DNA of 64,000 nucleotides from Lama glama (Eukaryota), in assembly GCA_028534125.1 (NCBI GenBank), contig CM052822.1, positions 77,934,001 to 77,998,000 of the forward strand. Direction: 5' to 3'. Each line of letters begins with the position of its first letter. The stretch's first letter is position 1. The translations under genes and the position numbers were made by a program. The notes under the pieces are model-generated. The model was given only the letters and a program-made list of their open reading frames with translations. It had not been told where the DNA came from and made no database searches. Positions 1 through 13,741 of the stretch are shown piece by piece.

Positions 1-881
1 AGTAAAACTTACAAATGCACTTAATAATAGTTTAATTCACCTGTACCGTAATTGTAACAGATGCTAGCTGATTTAGCTTTGGCAGCCAGAACTTGGTTTT
101 GGGTGTTGCTTAAAGTGTGCACACCAGTAGCGAAATGGGTGTTTGAACTCCCACCCAGAAGGAGCATCTTGGGTCCTGTGTGTGTATACCCTCTGCTCTT
201 TCTTGTACTTGTAAGATCTGGAGGAAGTGAGAGTCTTGGATGGGCAGGATTGGATTCGTAGGGGTGGAAATGGGAGCTGGTTGCTGGTCTAGAGAATAGG
301 GAGCAGGGACGGCCTTTTGGAGGCAGAGGGGATCTGTATTGTGAGGACTCCAGCAGCACTAGCCCTCAGGTGAACGAAGCTCCAGATCACAGGGCTTGTT
401 TCTGTGCTGGAGGGACTGCAGAAATGTGAGTTCAGACAAGCAGGAATTCATCTTTCCAGAGAGAAGCTAGTTGGTCGCCTGGGTGCATGCAGCTGCCTGG
501 TGGGAGGCCGGGGTCAGAGTGTGTAACACGGGCGTGTACTGTGTGTGCAGTACCTTTTTCGCATTTTGCTGCTGTGCCTGGGTTCTCATGGCTCATCTTG
601 GTAAGTGGACTGCAGTGTCAGGCTCACATTCTGGGTGGATGTTTGTGTCAGTCACCTGAGGTATTGTGTGAAATGCAGGTTCGCAGGCTGCCATGCTGCT
701 GGGTGAGATGGCGTCTTTTGGAATGGAGCCAGGAATCCTCATCTAGGCGCATACCTTTTTCCCCTTCTCCATGCACACTGCGTGCCCGTCTCTCTGGTGT
801 CTGTACGTGCTCCTTTCTCCGCAACCCTTACTTTGCTTCACTTCTCAACACCATTCAGTGTCCCGTGTTGGTAGAAGCACT

Positions 882-1033
882 ATTTTTTTACGCTTGAGGG
901 GGTGGGGAATTAGGTTTATTTACTTTTTTTTTTTAAATGGAGGTACCGGGGATTGAACCCAGGACCTCATGCGTGCTAAGCTCGCGCTCTACCACTGAGC
1001 TAGACCGTCCCCATTTGAGCTAGACCGCCCCCA
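882..1033 (-). mobile_element. tRNA-derived SINE (camelid-type)
   Basis: Reverse strand shows A box (tagctcagtggtagag), B box (ggttcaatccc) and A-rich tail; TSD agaagcact at 873-881 and 1034-1042. Confidence 0.88.
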
Positions 1034-1909
1034 AGAAGCACTGTTGACGTGCGGCTTTCTTCCAGCTTAGCAGTGGACAACACCCTTGGACATCCCCATG
1101 TTGAAGGAGTTATTAGGAGACGTGGTCGAGACTTGACTTCCAGTGATCCCAGTAAGCCTTTGTCAGATGTGGTTAGAAAAGTTAAGAGGCCCACAATTAA
1201 GTGGAGAAATGGGCAAAGGATGTAGACTCAGGGAGCACTTACAGAGAGCTCTGAGCTGGGAGAGACGCTCAGCTCCATGAGTGCAGAGCAGTCAGATAGG
1301 CTTCACCTAACTGATTGGAAAAATGGAACAGGTTAGTAATTGTTTCTGAGGGCTGAGGCTCAGGCCCAACGTGAGGCCGAGAACACTGGCTAGGATGGCA
1401 GTTGGTAACCTCTGTGGAAGACAGTTACGCAGTCTTTTTTTTTTTCAGCTGCATAAATTTTTTGATGCAGAAATTTCTACATCTTGCCTAGAGAGATGGT
1501 TCCTGTCACACAGAGCATTGATGAAGACGGCAGCTGTCACTGGAGCACCTAGGGGTGATCTTGACTCCTAGCTCCCCGCTGTGGTGTTTGACCCAGACCC
1601 GTACTTGGCCTTGGGTTAGGCTGCAGTAGTGTCTGCCTACTGCTTAGACCAGTGCTTGACACGGAAGCATTCAAATACCACACGTGTTCACCATGCCCTC
1701 CGCCCTGCAGGGTGTTTTTCATTTTAAAATGGGAAATTGTGGACGGTAAATATTTTTTCCAAAGCGGCCCTGCCAGTTCTCAGCCACTCAGGGGAAGGCC
1801 TCGTGTCGACTTGCCAGCTGACTGTTCCACTGTTGGTATCTCCACTGTCAGTTTTTTTGTCGTGGTACATAGATTTTTGATTTTGATAATGTATCCTGGA
1901 TTTAAAAAA

Positions 1910-2040
1910 ATTTTTTACTGATGTGTGATTGACATGGAAGTTGGAGGTGTACAGCGTGTTAGTTCTACACATCTGCATGTTGCGGTGTGATTACTACAGT
2001 AGTGCAGCTGGACGTTCATCATGTCCCGTGATCATCCTTG
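1910..2040 (-). mobile_element. L1 3' end fragment
   Basis: T-run followed by tgattgacat...gtgtacagcgtg...tgtgattactac, resembling an antisense L1MA-type 3'UTR; boundaries approximate. Confidence 0.45.
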
Positions 2041-2249
2041 TATTTTCTGATTTCACATGGATTCATTATTTGCCAATTTCCACTTTGCATGCTCTACCAA
2101 AAGTTAAGAAAAAGCTAGTAATTTAAATGGCCCCAGTTCCACTCACAGTTTCACTGAAGAAGGGTGAGCAGGTCCTGCCTGTGTGAAGGGCCAAGAGGTG
2201 CAGCTTCTGGGAGCAATTCTGGTAGGGAGGTGTGGGGGTGGTGTATAGA

Positions 2250-3240
2250 CCATTGATGTTTAAAGTGATTGTTATTGTTTGTTGATACTTTGGTCTTCCA
2301 CACTGTTTCTGCCTTTTGTGATTTAAATGGAACATTTTGCATACTTTCATTTTCTCTTCTTTCTTAATGTATGTTTTTAAAACTTAAAATGGTTGCCCTA
2401 GAGTTTGCAGTACACAGTCATGAGTGCTGCGTGGCTCTGGAGGTAGTTGGGCACTGGCCCACCACACTTTCCTAAGTCTCCCTTCCCCGCCCTTGTGTCG
2501 GCCTCTTTGCACCTACCTGCACATGGGCTCAGGTGTGCACATCGCTGCTCCTGTTCGAATACACTCTTATCTCTTAGATCAACTAAACCTAAGAAAAGTA
2601 AGTGTCTATCTTACATCTACTTGTTTCTTGTCTAATGCTCTTTATGTAGATCTGCGTTTCTGATCTGTATCGTCTTCCTTCTCTCTGAAGAACTTTTAAT
2701 ATTTCTAACAGGACAGACGTGATGCCAACACATTCCTCTTTTTCTTTGCCAGAGCACATCTCTATTCACTTCTGAAGGATAACTTTGCAGCTACAGGGTT
2801 CTAGGTTGGTGCCCCGCCGCCCCCTTCTCAGCACTTGAGACCTTCCATTCTGCTTCTTTTTCTTTTTTTCTTCCCCCCCCCCACTCCGCTCTGCTAGCGT
2901 AGGGGAGGGGTTTTTCTTGTCTGACTTCTTCCAGGATGTTTTGGTCTTGGATTTTTCTGAAGTTTGCATATAATAAGCGTAGGCTTGGTTTTTTTTTTTT
3001 TAATTTATCCTGTGTGGTGGTCTCTGGTCTTCCTGGATGTGTGGTTTGGTGTCTGATGTGAATTTGAGGGAAATTCTGTCATTGCTTCAGGACTGATTCG
3101 TGCTTGAAAACATTGCTCCTGTTCCCTTCTCCTGGTGGCCTCCTTATGTGTGTCCCACAGTTCTTGGGTGTTCTATTTTTGTTTTAGTCTCTTTGTTTTT
3201 CAGTTTTTGAGGTTTTTATTGTCCTATCAGATTCCTCAGT
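2250..3240 (-). mobile_element. Old L1 (L1M-type) antisense fragments
   Basis: T-rich segments such as tctgaaggataactttgc...ttctaggttgg and cttcctggatgtgtggtttggtgtctg resemble ancient L1; boundaries approximate. Confidence 0.45.
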
Positions 3241-3879
3241 TATGTTCCTTTCCCCCTCCCCTTGACTGAAGCACCAGGACGTTTTTTTCCTCCAGTATTC
3301 ACTCCGGGGAATTGGTAGCACTCCTAGAGGTGAAACTCAAGACACAGTCCCAGCTGTGGGACTGGGCGCTGAGACGCCGTGGGTGGTCCTGGGAAGGAAG
3401 GGGCTTGGCGGGGCCCCTCCCACTGCTCTGGGCGCTGCTTCCTTTGTAGAGCTCGCTGCAGAACACGTTGGATGAGATTTTCACTTTTTGCTTTTTTTTT
3501 TTCCTGTGAAATTGAAAATCCTCTTTGTATTTCTTTTGGTTAGTGAAAACAGGTACTAATGTGGTTCTTTCTTAAAAGTGACGTGTTAAGGGAACTTTGG
3601 ACTCTGGAAAAGCAAGGGATACCTGTATTTGTAAACCAGTCTAGGGGTAAAAGACTGCAGGGGCTGGGCATCGGGGGAGATTCTGCACGGAACTCCCACC
3701 TGCCAGGGGGAAGGGGGCACTGTCAGGGCCTTCTGGTGGTCTCTCCTCCTGACTGTGTCCCTCGAGATGAGCTGATGATGGTGTGAAGCCATCATAATTG
3801 GTAAGTACAAACAATGTTCTTCATTTCCTCGTTTGTAACTGTACTTCTGGCTTTAACGTACACGGTAGTAGGGCAGGTG

Positions 3880-6098
3880 CAGGCAGACCTCATTGTAGTG
3901 CTTGGCTTTAATTGCACTTCTCAGATTCTGCCTTGTTTTTTAAAACAAACTGAAGGTTTGTGTCAACCCTGCCTCTGTCCAGTCTGTTGGCCCCGTTTTC
4001 CCAACAGCATTTGCTCACATTGTGTCACTGTCACACTTCGGTAATTTTTGAGGTATTTTGAATTACTTTGTTATGGTGATCGGTGATCTTCGATGTTATT
4101 GTTGTAATTGTTTTGCGGCTCACGAACCACGCCCATCTAAGAAAGCGAGCTTGATTAATAAATGTTGTGTGTTCTGACTGTGCCACTGAGGGGGCTGTCT
4201 CTCCCTGCCACGTCCGACCTCCCGATATTCCCTGAGACACAGCAATATTGAATTAGACCAGTTAATTACTCCTTAGTGGGCTCTGCTCAAGTGAAAGGAA
4301 GAGTTGCATATCTCTCACTTTAAATCAGAAGCCAGAAAGGGAGGCCTGTCAGGAGCTGCGATAGGTGGGGAGCTAGGCCTCTAGTGCCAGACAGCCAAGT
4401 TGTGAACGCAGAGAAGTTCTCGAGGGAATTAAAAGTGCGCCTCCAGTGAGCCCACCAGTGGTAAGAAAGTGAAATAGGCTTACTGCTGTTAGGGAGAAAG
4501 CTTCAGTGTCTGGAGAGAAGATCAGACTAGCCACAGCATTCCCTTAACCAAGCCCTCACCCAGCGCACGGTGCTAGTGACCCCGCTCAGTTCTGTGAAAG
4601 CTGGGAGAGGTGAGACAGCCCACAACAGTTTGGAGCCAGCAGAGGTTGGTCCGTGAGGTTTGAGGAGAGAATCGTCTTCATAAAATAAAAGTGCAGGTGA
4701 AGCAGGAGGTGCAGGCCGGCAAGCTCCTCCAGAAGGTCCAGCTGGGCTGATGCGGGCCCGCACTGAGCTGCGGCTTTGTGGTGAGGCGACGCTACACTGA
4801 GGGCGGTGCCGGCTAGGACGGCAGAGAGAAGTCAGCGCCTGGCTGCAAAGAACAGGCTGCTTCTGGAATGCAGCTGGTGACTTCTGTTGAAGCCAGTGCT
4901 CATTTACCATTTCAGAAACCCCAGGGCCCTTAAGAATGATGCTAAATCTACTCTGCTGGCGCTCTGTAAACGGAACAAAGCCTGAGTGGCAGCACACCCG
5001 TTTACAGCGTGGTTACTGAATATTTTAAGCCTGCTTTTGAGACCTACTCAGAGATAAAGATTGTGTTCAGAATATTACTCTCTTAGACAACGCACCTGGT
5101 GACCCAAGAGCTCTTGTGGAGACGGACAGTGAGAGTCATGTTGTTTTCATGCCTGTAACAGCGTCCACTCTGCAGCCCACGGATCAGGGAGTACTTTGAA
5201 TTTGCATGTGTTAAACAAATGCATTCATAAGGCTGTAGCTGCTGTAGACTGATTCCTCTGATGGATCTGGGAAAAGTCAGCTGCAAACCCTCTGAAAGGG
5301 ATTCACCATCATAAATTCATCAAAGAACAGTTACTGTTCTTGGCAAGAGATCAAAACATCAACATTAATAGGAATTCAGAAAAAGTTGACTCTAACCCTC
5401 ATGGATGATTTTGGGGGGTTCAAGACTTCAGTGCAGGAAGGACGTGGTGGAAACAGCAGGAGAACTGGGATTAGACGTGGGGCCTGAAGCTGGGGCTGAA
5501 CTGCTGCAGCCTCATGATAAACGTGCACGGAAAAGGGTGAGCAGAGCAGGTGGTTTCCTGAGACGGAATCCTCTCCTGGTGAAGGCGCTGTGACGGTGTC
5601 CCGATGACAACAAAGCGTTTAGAGTGTGACAGAACCTTAGCTGACAGGGCAGAGTCTGAGAGGATTGAGTCCAGTTTTGAAAGAGGTTCCCCTGTGGGTA
5701 AAACATCACACAGCACTGCCTGCTACAGGGAATCTTCTGTGAAAGGAAGTCAGCCAATGAAGCAAACTTCATCACCTTATTTTAAGAAATTGCCACAGCC
5801 GTGCAACCACCACCCTGAGCAGTTGTCAGCCATCAGCATCGAGGGAAGACCCTCCACCAGCGGAAAGATGCTAAAGCTTAGATGATGGTTATTTTACCTT
5901 TTTGTTTTTTCAAACAATAAATTGTTTTTAAATTAAGGTATGCATATTGTTTTGTTAGACATAGTGCTATTGCATACCTAACAGATTGCAGTGTAAAATA
6001 TCTTTATGCACTGGGAAGCCCCTAAAAGTGTGTGACCCACTTCACTGGCTTCACCGTGATGGTCTGGAACTGCACACACGACATCTCTGAGGCATCTG
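3880..6098 (+). mobile_element. Tigger1 DNA transposon, near full length, decayed transposase
   Basis: Left end caggcagacctcatt; internal caagtgaaaggaagagttgcatatctctcactttaaatcag and downstream blocks match recalled Tigger1 consensus; right end ggtctggaac...tctctgaggcatctg. Confidence 0.9.
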
Positions 6099-9000
6099 GA
6101 CATAATTTATAAATATGCGTGCATGTACACTTTTCCACTGAGGTGGTACTCAGATGAGTGGATACTGCTGGACTTGGATGTGACATGCTTTCTCAAAGTC
6201 CTAACATGAAGGGGGTTAGATTTATTGGAGGAGGCAGTTATTTTGGGTTAATAGTTACTAGGGTAGACAGTGGCTTTACTGAAGAGGGCGAGTTAAATCT
6301 TTTTCACTTGATTAGGCCTATTTTGTTGGAAACTGCATAGATTAACAAATTAGTTGTCCTAAGAAGCTTTTTTCCCTTAATTCAGAATAAAAGCACTGAT
6401 TTCCTATAGCTTTCTTAACACACAGTAGGTGGTGTCCGTGGGAAGTTACAGGAAAGATGATGAGTGCAGTCTAAGAGCACCGCTCCGCTCCTAACCCGGA
6501 GTCCGAGGTGACTTCTGTTAGGATGCTTCCCACTGGCCCCGACTGAGGACTGTGCCCTCTACCTGTGCTTTCCAGGACGGACGCCAGTAGCCACTCTGGC
6601 TGCTGATCCTTGGAAGTGCGGCTCCTGTGCCAGAGGGAATGCGTTCTCAAATAGTATTTGGTTTTAACGACTTGAAGTTTAAGTGGCTGATCTGGCTGGC
6701 GGATTCGTTTTTGGGCAGTGCGGTGTGAGGCGGTGCTTGCTGACTGCGTTCCCACCTGCTGAAGTCCTGGTGGGCACGTTGCTCTGCCTGTTCTTCCCGC
6801 AGGGCCCTGCGCTGCCCCCAGCGCTGAGGGGCGTGCACTGGCTTCCGGGTGTGGGCAGTGGGCTGGGGCAGTGAGCAGGGAGCTTGTTGCCCTTGACCCA
6901 AGGAAGGCGGGCGCCGGGGGAGCTCAGTCCCTCTGAGGGCCTGTATTTTCCTGGCATTCCCTGTCCTCCTCTGATCCCCGAACGAGGGAGATGAGAGGAA
7001 AGGCAGGTCAGGAGACCAGCTCCTGGCGTGGACCCCAGTGCCGACCGTCGTGGGAAGGCCGTGGGAAGTGTCTTAGTGCCATGGACGGCATCCTTCTGAA
7101 AATAAAGGCATATATATTCGGTGCTTTAGAAAGATGGTGTTAGAAAGATTGAAGCTAAACGAAGGTTTGTGTCAATGGGAAATAGTCTCTGTGTGAAATA
7201 GTATTTGTATGCTAGCCTGTTACCTGTTGGTTAAGCGGTTTACTTAAAATTGTTTTGGAGCTGGGTAGTGTTTCTAGGTTTTGACGGTCCTTTTTTCATC
7301 TCATCTAATGTATATTAAATATTGGGCATTTAATGTATACATTTTTTTTCTTTTTTGTATTAGTGTATAAGTTTATCAGTTTTTTAAAATAATGCTGTTA
7401 ATATTTAGAAATACTGACTTCTGTAGGGAAATTGCTGATACAAATGTGTAAGTGGCTTTTTGTGTAAAACTCTGGGGCTAATCAGAAGTAATGTGAACGC
7501 AATTAACCTTTCTTGGATTTTGTCAAATTTTAAATTGTTTCTTTTGTGCCGGATTACTCCGAAGCAGCGGGAAGTGAATTGACCTGTGGCTCCTGCTGCG
7601 GGTGGCAGCTGCAGTAGCAGTACTCAGGCCAGCTTTTCAGATCTCAGGTCTGAGGTCTTCAGCACCTTACTTGGATCTCCATTTCTAGACCTTGGGGTAT
7701 TCTCATGTTACTGTCTGTGTGGAGCACATTTTTATCTGACTTTGTCTTCAGAGTTGGTAACTTGGCTGGCACTTGTTAAACACTGAAGAGATGGTGTTGA
7801 TGTGAAGAGTGTGCTCATGTGAAGCCCTCGGCCCTGGGCTCGCTTGTCCTGGTGAGCTGAGTTGGCAGTGCAGTTTGGCCCCGGTGGTGGGAGCTCTGCA
7901 GGCAGACTGTGGGCTTTGAGTTTACTGGAACTTTGGGCAGTGGCCTGAATTCCTCTGGCTGCCCCGGTCCCCACAGCTGTGCTTGTGACGAGGGTTTGTG
8001 CTTAATCAGAAGGCCCAGTGCGGGAGCCCCCGGCTCAGCTCCTTCTTACCTGGTAGAGCCGTCATTAGTACTAAACTGAGCGGGATGATGTAATTACGCG
8101 GATTGAAAAGCTTTTTAAAATTGTTGTGTTTTCAATGGAAATAGAAGGAAGTCTTTTGACATTTTTCATACAACAGTTGTGGCTGTGCATGGAACCTTTT
8201 CAGTGACATTTCATTGCTTTAGAGAGTGACCCTCAACAGCTGTCAGAGCATCTCCTCGCTCTTCTACTCTATCCTCCGTCTCTGCTGTCGTGGCTCTGAT
8301 TCGGACATGCATCTCTCCAGAATGTTTTGTTAACGGATCTCCCCCAACCCCATCATCTCTCTCTTCCTTTGGAACTCTGCTTACTTTGCACCATACGTGA
8401 CCTTTTCAAATCCGCCCCCGTTTACTTTACACTGATGTTTAAGAGCCCTTAGAGTTGAAAAGTCCTAAATTTGGAGCATGTTCTGAAATTCTTCTTTTTT
8501 TTGTCTTGAGCCCTTGCTAGTAAACCTCATACTGAAATCTCTTGACACACTGACTTCTTGAGTTCACGTGAGCTGTGTGCTTGTATCATGTTTACTGCGC
8601 ATAAGCTGTGCTTTTGTCTGAGGTTTTCCCTCTGCTCAGGGGACTGCTTCCTGTCCTTCAGTTCTTCAGTGAATGGAGTGTTCCTTTAAGCCTTCTTTGC
8701 TACGCTGTCTCCACAACCTCTCCACAGCACACCGTACACATTTCATTGTATGTGCGCATCTGTCTCCTACAGTTGGGTGACTTGGCCCCAGAAGTAGCAT
8801 ATGATTGTTACAAATGTTAAATTTATTTAGTGAAATGCACTCAAAACCGCATCATTGTTTTTTCCTGGGACTGAATGTGTTGGTGATGTAATTGATACCC
8901 AGAAGGTTTTGATGTGTTAGGACAGTGGGCCAGGATACCCAGGGTGGACTTTGTGGGGCAGGCCGTGCCCCCCACCTGTCTGAGGAGCCACTGGTGCACC

Positions 9001-9693
9001 AAGGGAGTGACAGGGAGGACAGCGACCAGAGGCTTCTGGGCTTCCCTGGGAGTCAGGAGGGAAGTGGGGAACAGTCTTCTGTTGTGACAGCGGGAGTGTG
9101 TCCTCGATGCAGTGTTGGACTCTGGGTGCCCAGGGATTGCAGTTTTGGGGCTTGCTCATGGCGAGGCCAGGGCGGTGGTTTGGGGAGTAATTGAAAGAGA
9201 CGTGAGGATGTGCCGGCCTGGAGAGTAAATAGGAAGTAAAGCTCTTGAATGTGTGAAGACAGCTGCACGGAGGGGACATTGAGCTGCGCTGTGGGCCCTG
9301 AGCGGAGACCAGGCGTGGCCGTTCTGTGGGGCCCGCTGCCGAGCTTCGCGAGGGGAGCCCAGGGCCACCAGACTGCGGGCTGCTCCCGGGAGTGGGTTCA
9401 GCAGCGACCGTGGGGACAGGTTAGTGCTTACGCGGTGGCGGTGCTTTCTGCGGCAAGGCTTATGTGATTTCTGTCAAGGCCCTTTTTGTTTAACGAGGGT
9501 GCGGACGCTGCCAGTCACGTCAGTGCTCTGAGAGCCGCAGAGTCGGGGTTTCAGGATGAGAGTTTTCCAGTGCTCACATTTCTCCTGCATTTGTCTGCTG
9601 GAATTCTGTAAAAAGAGTGTTGGCTCAACAGCTGTCAGGGTACAGGGGCAGTATGCACAGGAGAGACAGTGCGGTGATGTAAAATAAACGCTC

Positions 9694-9698
9694 GGTGG

Positions 9699-9723
<25 letters not shown>
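9694..9723 (+). repeat. (GGT)10 microsatellite
   Basis: Ten perfect GGT units read directly. Confidence 0.95.
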
Positions 9724-9730
<7 letters not shown>

Positions 9731-10114
9731 CATGTGCGCGCCATGCCCGTCGGTCCCTCCAGTTACGAGATGAGCGAGTGCTGGGAGCAGTGTGCGTCCT
9801 GGGAAGTGCGACTGATGCCGCTGTGTGTTCACACGTGAAAGTGGAGGGTAGCTCCTGGGTCCCCATCGCAAGGAGAGGCCCTCTGTCTTGTTCTGTGTCT
9901 GTGATGTGATAGGCACTAAGCTCACCGGGGATTGCTGCATGCTGTGTGTACCCTTAACCGAGCGCGCTCTGTGGCGGGTTGTTTTCAGTAAAACGGGCAA
10001 GAAAAAGGTGCATGGCCACCCAGAGTGCCCGCTGGTCTGTGGGGCTTCATCAGGGGTGTTCCGATACCCTTTTGACATGGCTGTACTCCTCTTTTTGACT
10101 TAAAAAATAAGTGA

Positions 10115-10360
10115 AAGTAACTTTATTTTGAAACCATTTTGTATTTACAGAACAGTTGTAAAGAGTCTGCCGGCCTGCTTCTTACCCAGCTGTCATTAGT
10201 ATAATGCATGTAACTAAATTGTGTTTCTCAAAACTAAGTAAGTAGTATCGGTACGTTCCTGTTAACTACAGACTTCATTCACATCTCACCAGTTTTCCCC
10301 TGGCATTCTTTTCCTGCTCCAGACACCAGTCCAGGAGCCCACGTGGCACGTAGCTGTCAG
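10115..10360 (-). mobile_element. Old L1 (L1MC-like) 3' end
   Basis: actttattttgaaaccattttgtatttacagaacagttg...ttaactacagacttcattcacatctcaccagttttccc; boundaries approximate. Confidence 0.55.
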
Positions 10361-10779
10361 GTACTCCTGCCCCTCCACCCTGGCACAGCTGCATGGTCTT
10401 CCCTCGGTTTCCAGGCCTAGGCCTGTACCTCTTGCTAGCATCTCTGCTTGCTTGGCGTGTGCCCTCGGCGCATCTTGTGCCTTCCCTGCCTTGGACCTCG
10501 AAGCAGCCAGGGCAGCGATCCCCAGTGGAGCTGATGGCGTCCTTGAGAGCCGCTCTGGTCTGGCGCCGGGTTGGGTGTTGTGTCTGTTGTGATGTGTTCC
10601 CTTGGCTGTGAGAGGAGAGGCTGGCGGTGTCTCAGGGTGGGGTGTCTGGTGCGGATAACGAGAGAAGAGTGCGGGACTGAGCTGTTCTGCAGAGAAATGA
10701 GGCAGAGCTCTGGGTTGGTTAGTTGAGTGTATGTGGGTGTACCAGTGTCGATCACTGCTGGGGACAGTTTCCCACCTAG

Positions 10780-11010
10780 CAGTTTGGGCACGGGGTAGAA
10801 TTTACTAGGGAGAAACCAGGTGTGGGAGTGGGGCGGGCGGCAGCTGCATTGGGTCATGTTCTATTTGGGATGTTTGTCAGGCATCCAGATGGCCACGTCA
10901 GGTAGCCATCTGTCACTTGTGTCTCAAGCGCCAAAGTGGGACCTAAAATTAGGGAATCACTGCTGCATCAACGGTATTTGAATAATGAGAGCGACAGAAG
11001 CACAGAGGCA
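10780..11010 (-). mobile_element. L2 fragment
   Basis: catgttctatttgggatgtttgtcaggcatccagatggccacgtcaggtagcc resembles recalled L2 consensus; boundaries approximate. Confidence 0.45.
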
Positions 11011-12959
11011 CAGGGGGAGAGAAGGGCTTCGAGGCCCGTTGCTCTCCTCCTTGATGCTCACGGCTGACCGAGGGGAGCAGGCAAACCGCGGGCCATGTGA
11101 CTGGAAAGCCCTCGTGCGTTTAGGGTCTGGGGAGTCAGACACATGAGCCCTGAGTGCATGGATACTACTGGGGGAGGCTTTTCCCCTCTTGACCTTAAGG
11201 CCGAGTAAGCTTCTGGTGCAGGGGTGGGAGCTGGACAGGACTGATTGAGGGAGTAGGGAGGTGGTGTGTGTCCAGAGTTCTACAGAAGGGGCCTTGGATG
11301 GTGAGGTTTGGGGCTCTTCCTTGGACAATTGGCTCATTTGAACTTTCTTCGTGGGGTAGTCTCCATTTTAGGAGGAGAGAGAAACAGCCAACACTTGAGT
11401 GCTGCTCGTATCCCGGGCGCTGTTAATTGATGGTGCTCTTGCGCGCCCTCAGTCCCAGAGACCCTTCTGGGGGATAGATCAGCCTTCCAGGGGGTGTTCG
11501 AGGAGGTTAAGTAAGTCGTCTCGGCACTCCGCTTGGCAGGCAGGCCACTGGAGTCTAAGCCCACCTTCCTGTGCTGGCACTGCCTGCCCCGAGGATCTCC
11601 CTCCTCACCGTCGTCGTCATCCGCCCAGACGCTGGCACCTTACTGCGGACACGAGACAAAACGCATGAGCTGCGAACTGGTAGCAGAGATGTCTGAGCAG
11701 TGCCATCGGACACACTGGACGACCTCTGGTCACGCGTGGCTCAGGCAGTGGTTCAGCTGTTAGGAAAGGGGAGATCCTCCCCTGGTTCCGTGGGTGGCGG
11801 TGAGCTGGTGTCCCCAGTAATCCCCGCGCGTCGCGTCCCTGCAGACCCACGCGGCAGTCCTGGGGCTGCAGAGTGAAAGGGGTTGGTCTTGGGTAGGTGG
11901 TTACAGCCCTTGGAAGTCCCAGTGAAGGGATGCTGCTTTTTGAGCGGCTCATGGTCAAGAGTTTAGTTCCAGAAGATCCGAGGTTGCTGTGTTCCTGCCG
12001 GCCCGCTCTTCTGTGCCTAGTGATTTCCAGACTGAACTTGCTGCTCTCACCAGCCAACCACTGTGCTTCGCATTTTCTAATTATCAACAGAGAAACCTTC
12101 TGTAACTGGGTGCTCGCTCCCATAACTGGTTGTGTGCAGAACAGATTCTCCGGGACTTTATGTTGAACATACCTGAACACAGTTGAGAAAAGCTGTGCAT
12201 TGAGCAACCGTGTACCCAGAGTATGTTCTCCAGTTAGCGTTTTGGTTATCTGTTGCGTATCTGTCACAGCTGATAAGATTTTAACGTGAAGTGGGAGGAA
12301 TTACAAGAAAACAGTAACCATATTTTATCCCTAATTTGTAATTTTAAAAAATTGAGATTCTGTTTGACAAAGATACGTATTTTTACATTCATGTACTTGT
12401 ATGTTGTAAAGATGGCACATCTTGTAGCCTGTTCTGAGTTCTTAACCTTCTGCCATCTAGAACTTTTATTAATGTATTTGAGGTTCTGAATTTCACTGTG
12501 GTCAGTTGATGAAATTGATACGTAGTTCTTGTACATCTAAATATATCCTAATACCTTTATGATTTCTTCGACCCAAGGGCATTCTCAAAAAAGAAGAAAG
12601 TGTTGTTTTCGCAGCTATTTCTTTGTGGTTTGTCATAATTGATTTTTCTCTTAATTCCATAGTTTTTGTAAGCCTTCTAAGCGTGAGTGTTAAGCATGCC
12701 AGACCACATGGCCTTGGTATTTTCTCATGTCCGCTGTGGGGCCCTATTTCAACGTCCATTACATCAAGCTTGTTAAATGTGCTCAAATCTTACCAGTTAA
12801 CTTTTTCTCTGCTTCATGATACGATTGTGGGTGTGTTTTTTAAAAAGTATTTTTTTAAATAAAAACAGCGTAATATACAATTTCAGATACATAATGTATA
12901 AAAAGAAAACATATATAAAAAGTGCTTCTAAATCTAATGTGCCGTGTTTCTGCATAACA

Positions 12960-13140
12960 GCACCTTATTTTTAAGTGAACAGTTCAGTGGCATCATATTC
13001 ACACTGTTGTGTGTTTATCACCACCGTCGTCTCCAGAACATTTCTGCCCTCCCGCTTTGAAACTATGTTCGTAAAGCAGTGACTCCCCACCCCCCGTCCC
13101 CCCCAGCCGCTGGCGTCCTGCACGCTTCCTTTTATGTTGT
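12960..13140 (-). mobile_element. L1MB-like 3' end fragment
   Basis: ttttaagtgaacagttcagtggcat...attcacactgttgtg...atcaccacc...tctccagaacattt. Confidence 0.65.
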
Positions 13141-13586
13141 AATGCTGTTGCTGGTCGGGCTGTTTTGAGGCCACGCTAGTTTTTGAATTCTGTGCTTTAT
13201 CCTCGTGAAGTTACTGTTCCTGAAGATGCTCTTCCTCCAGTGCATGCCTCCTGAGAGTCATGCTGCTGTGCACACACTTAGTGTTCGCCTCGTGCATCTT
13301 TCCTGCCCATGAGTTTGTCTCAAGACAGTGTACAGCTGACCCTTGAACAATGAGGTTAGGGGCGCTGACCCCCCCACAGTTGAAAATTACGACTTTTGAC
13401 TCCTTGAAAACTTAACTTAGAGCCTACTGTTGACCAGAAGCCTTACTCATAACATGGTTGATGAACACGTATTTTATGTGTTTATTACATGGTATTCTTA
13501 CCATAGAGAAAGGTAGAAAAAAATTAAAATTATAAAGAGAAATACATTTTTGTACTTAACTGATACCGTTTTTACACAGTTAAAAA

Positions 13587-13741
13587 ATTTTTTTTTAGTT
13601 TATCTGTATTTTAATTTTTTTTTAGGCGGGGAAGGTAATTAGGTTATTTATTTATTTTGACGGAGGTACTGGGGATTGAACCCAGGACCTTGTGCATTGC
13701 TAAAAGCATGGGCTCTACCACTGAGCTGTACCCTCCCCCCC
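13587..13741 (-). mobile_element. tRNA-derived SINE nested in the Tigger2-like element
   Basis: ggaggtactggggattgaacccaggacc...ctctaccactgagctgtaccctccccc with a T-rich tail on the left. Confidence 0.88.

Noticed and set aside
935-1012. tRNA gene
   Set aside because: The A and B boxes belong to a SINE with a tail and TSD; no complete cloverleaf.
3880-6098. Tigger1 transposase as a domesticated or active gene
   Set aside because: The frame is broken into short ORFs by many stops and frameshifts.
9635-10078. Minus-strand ORFs with poly-His or poly-Pro
   Set aside because: These are translations of the (GGT)10 microsatellite.
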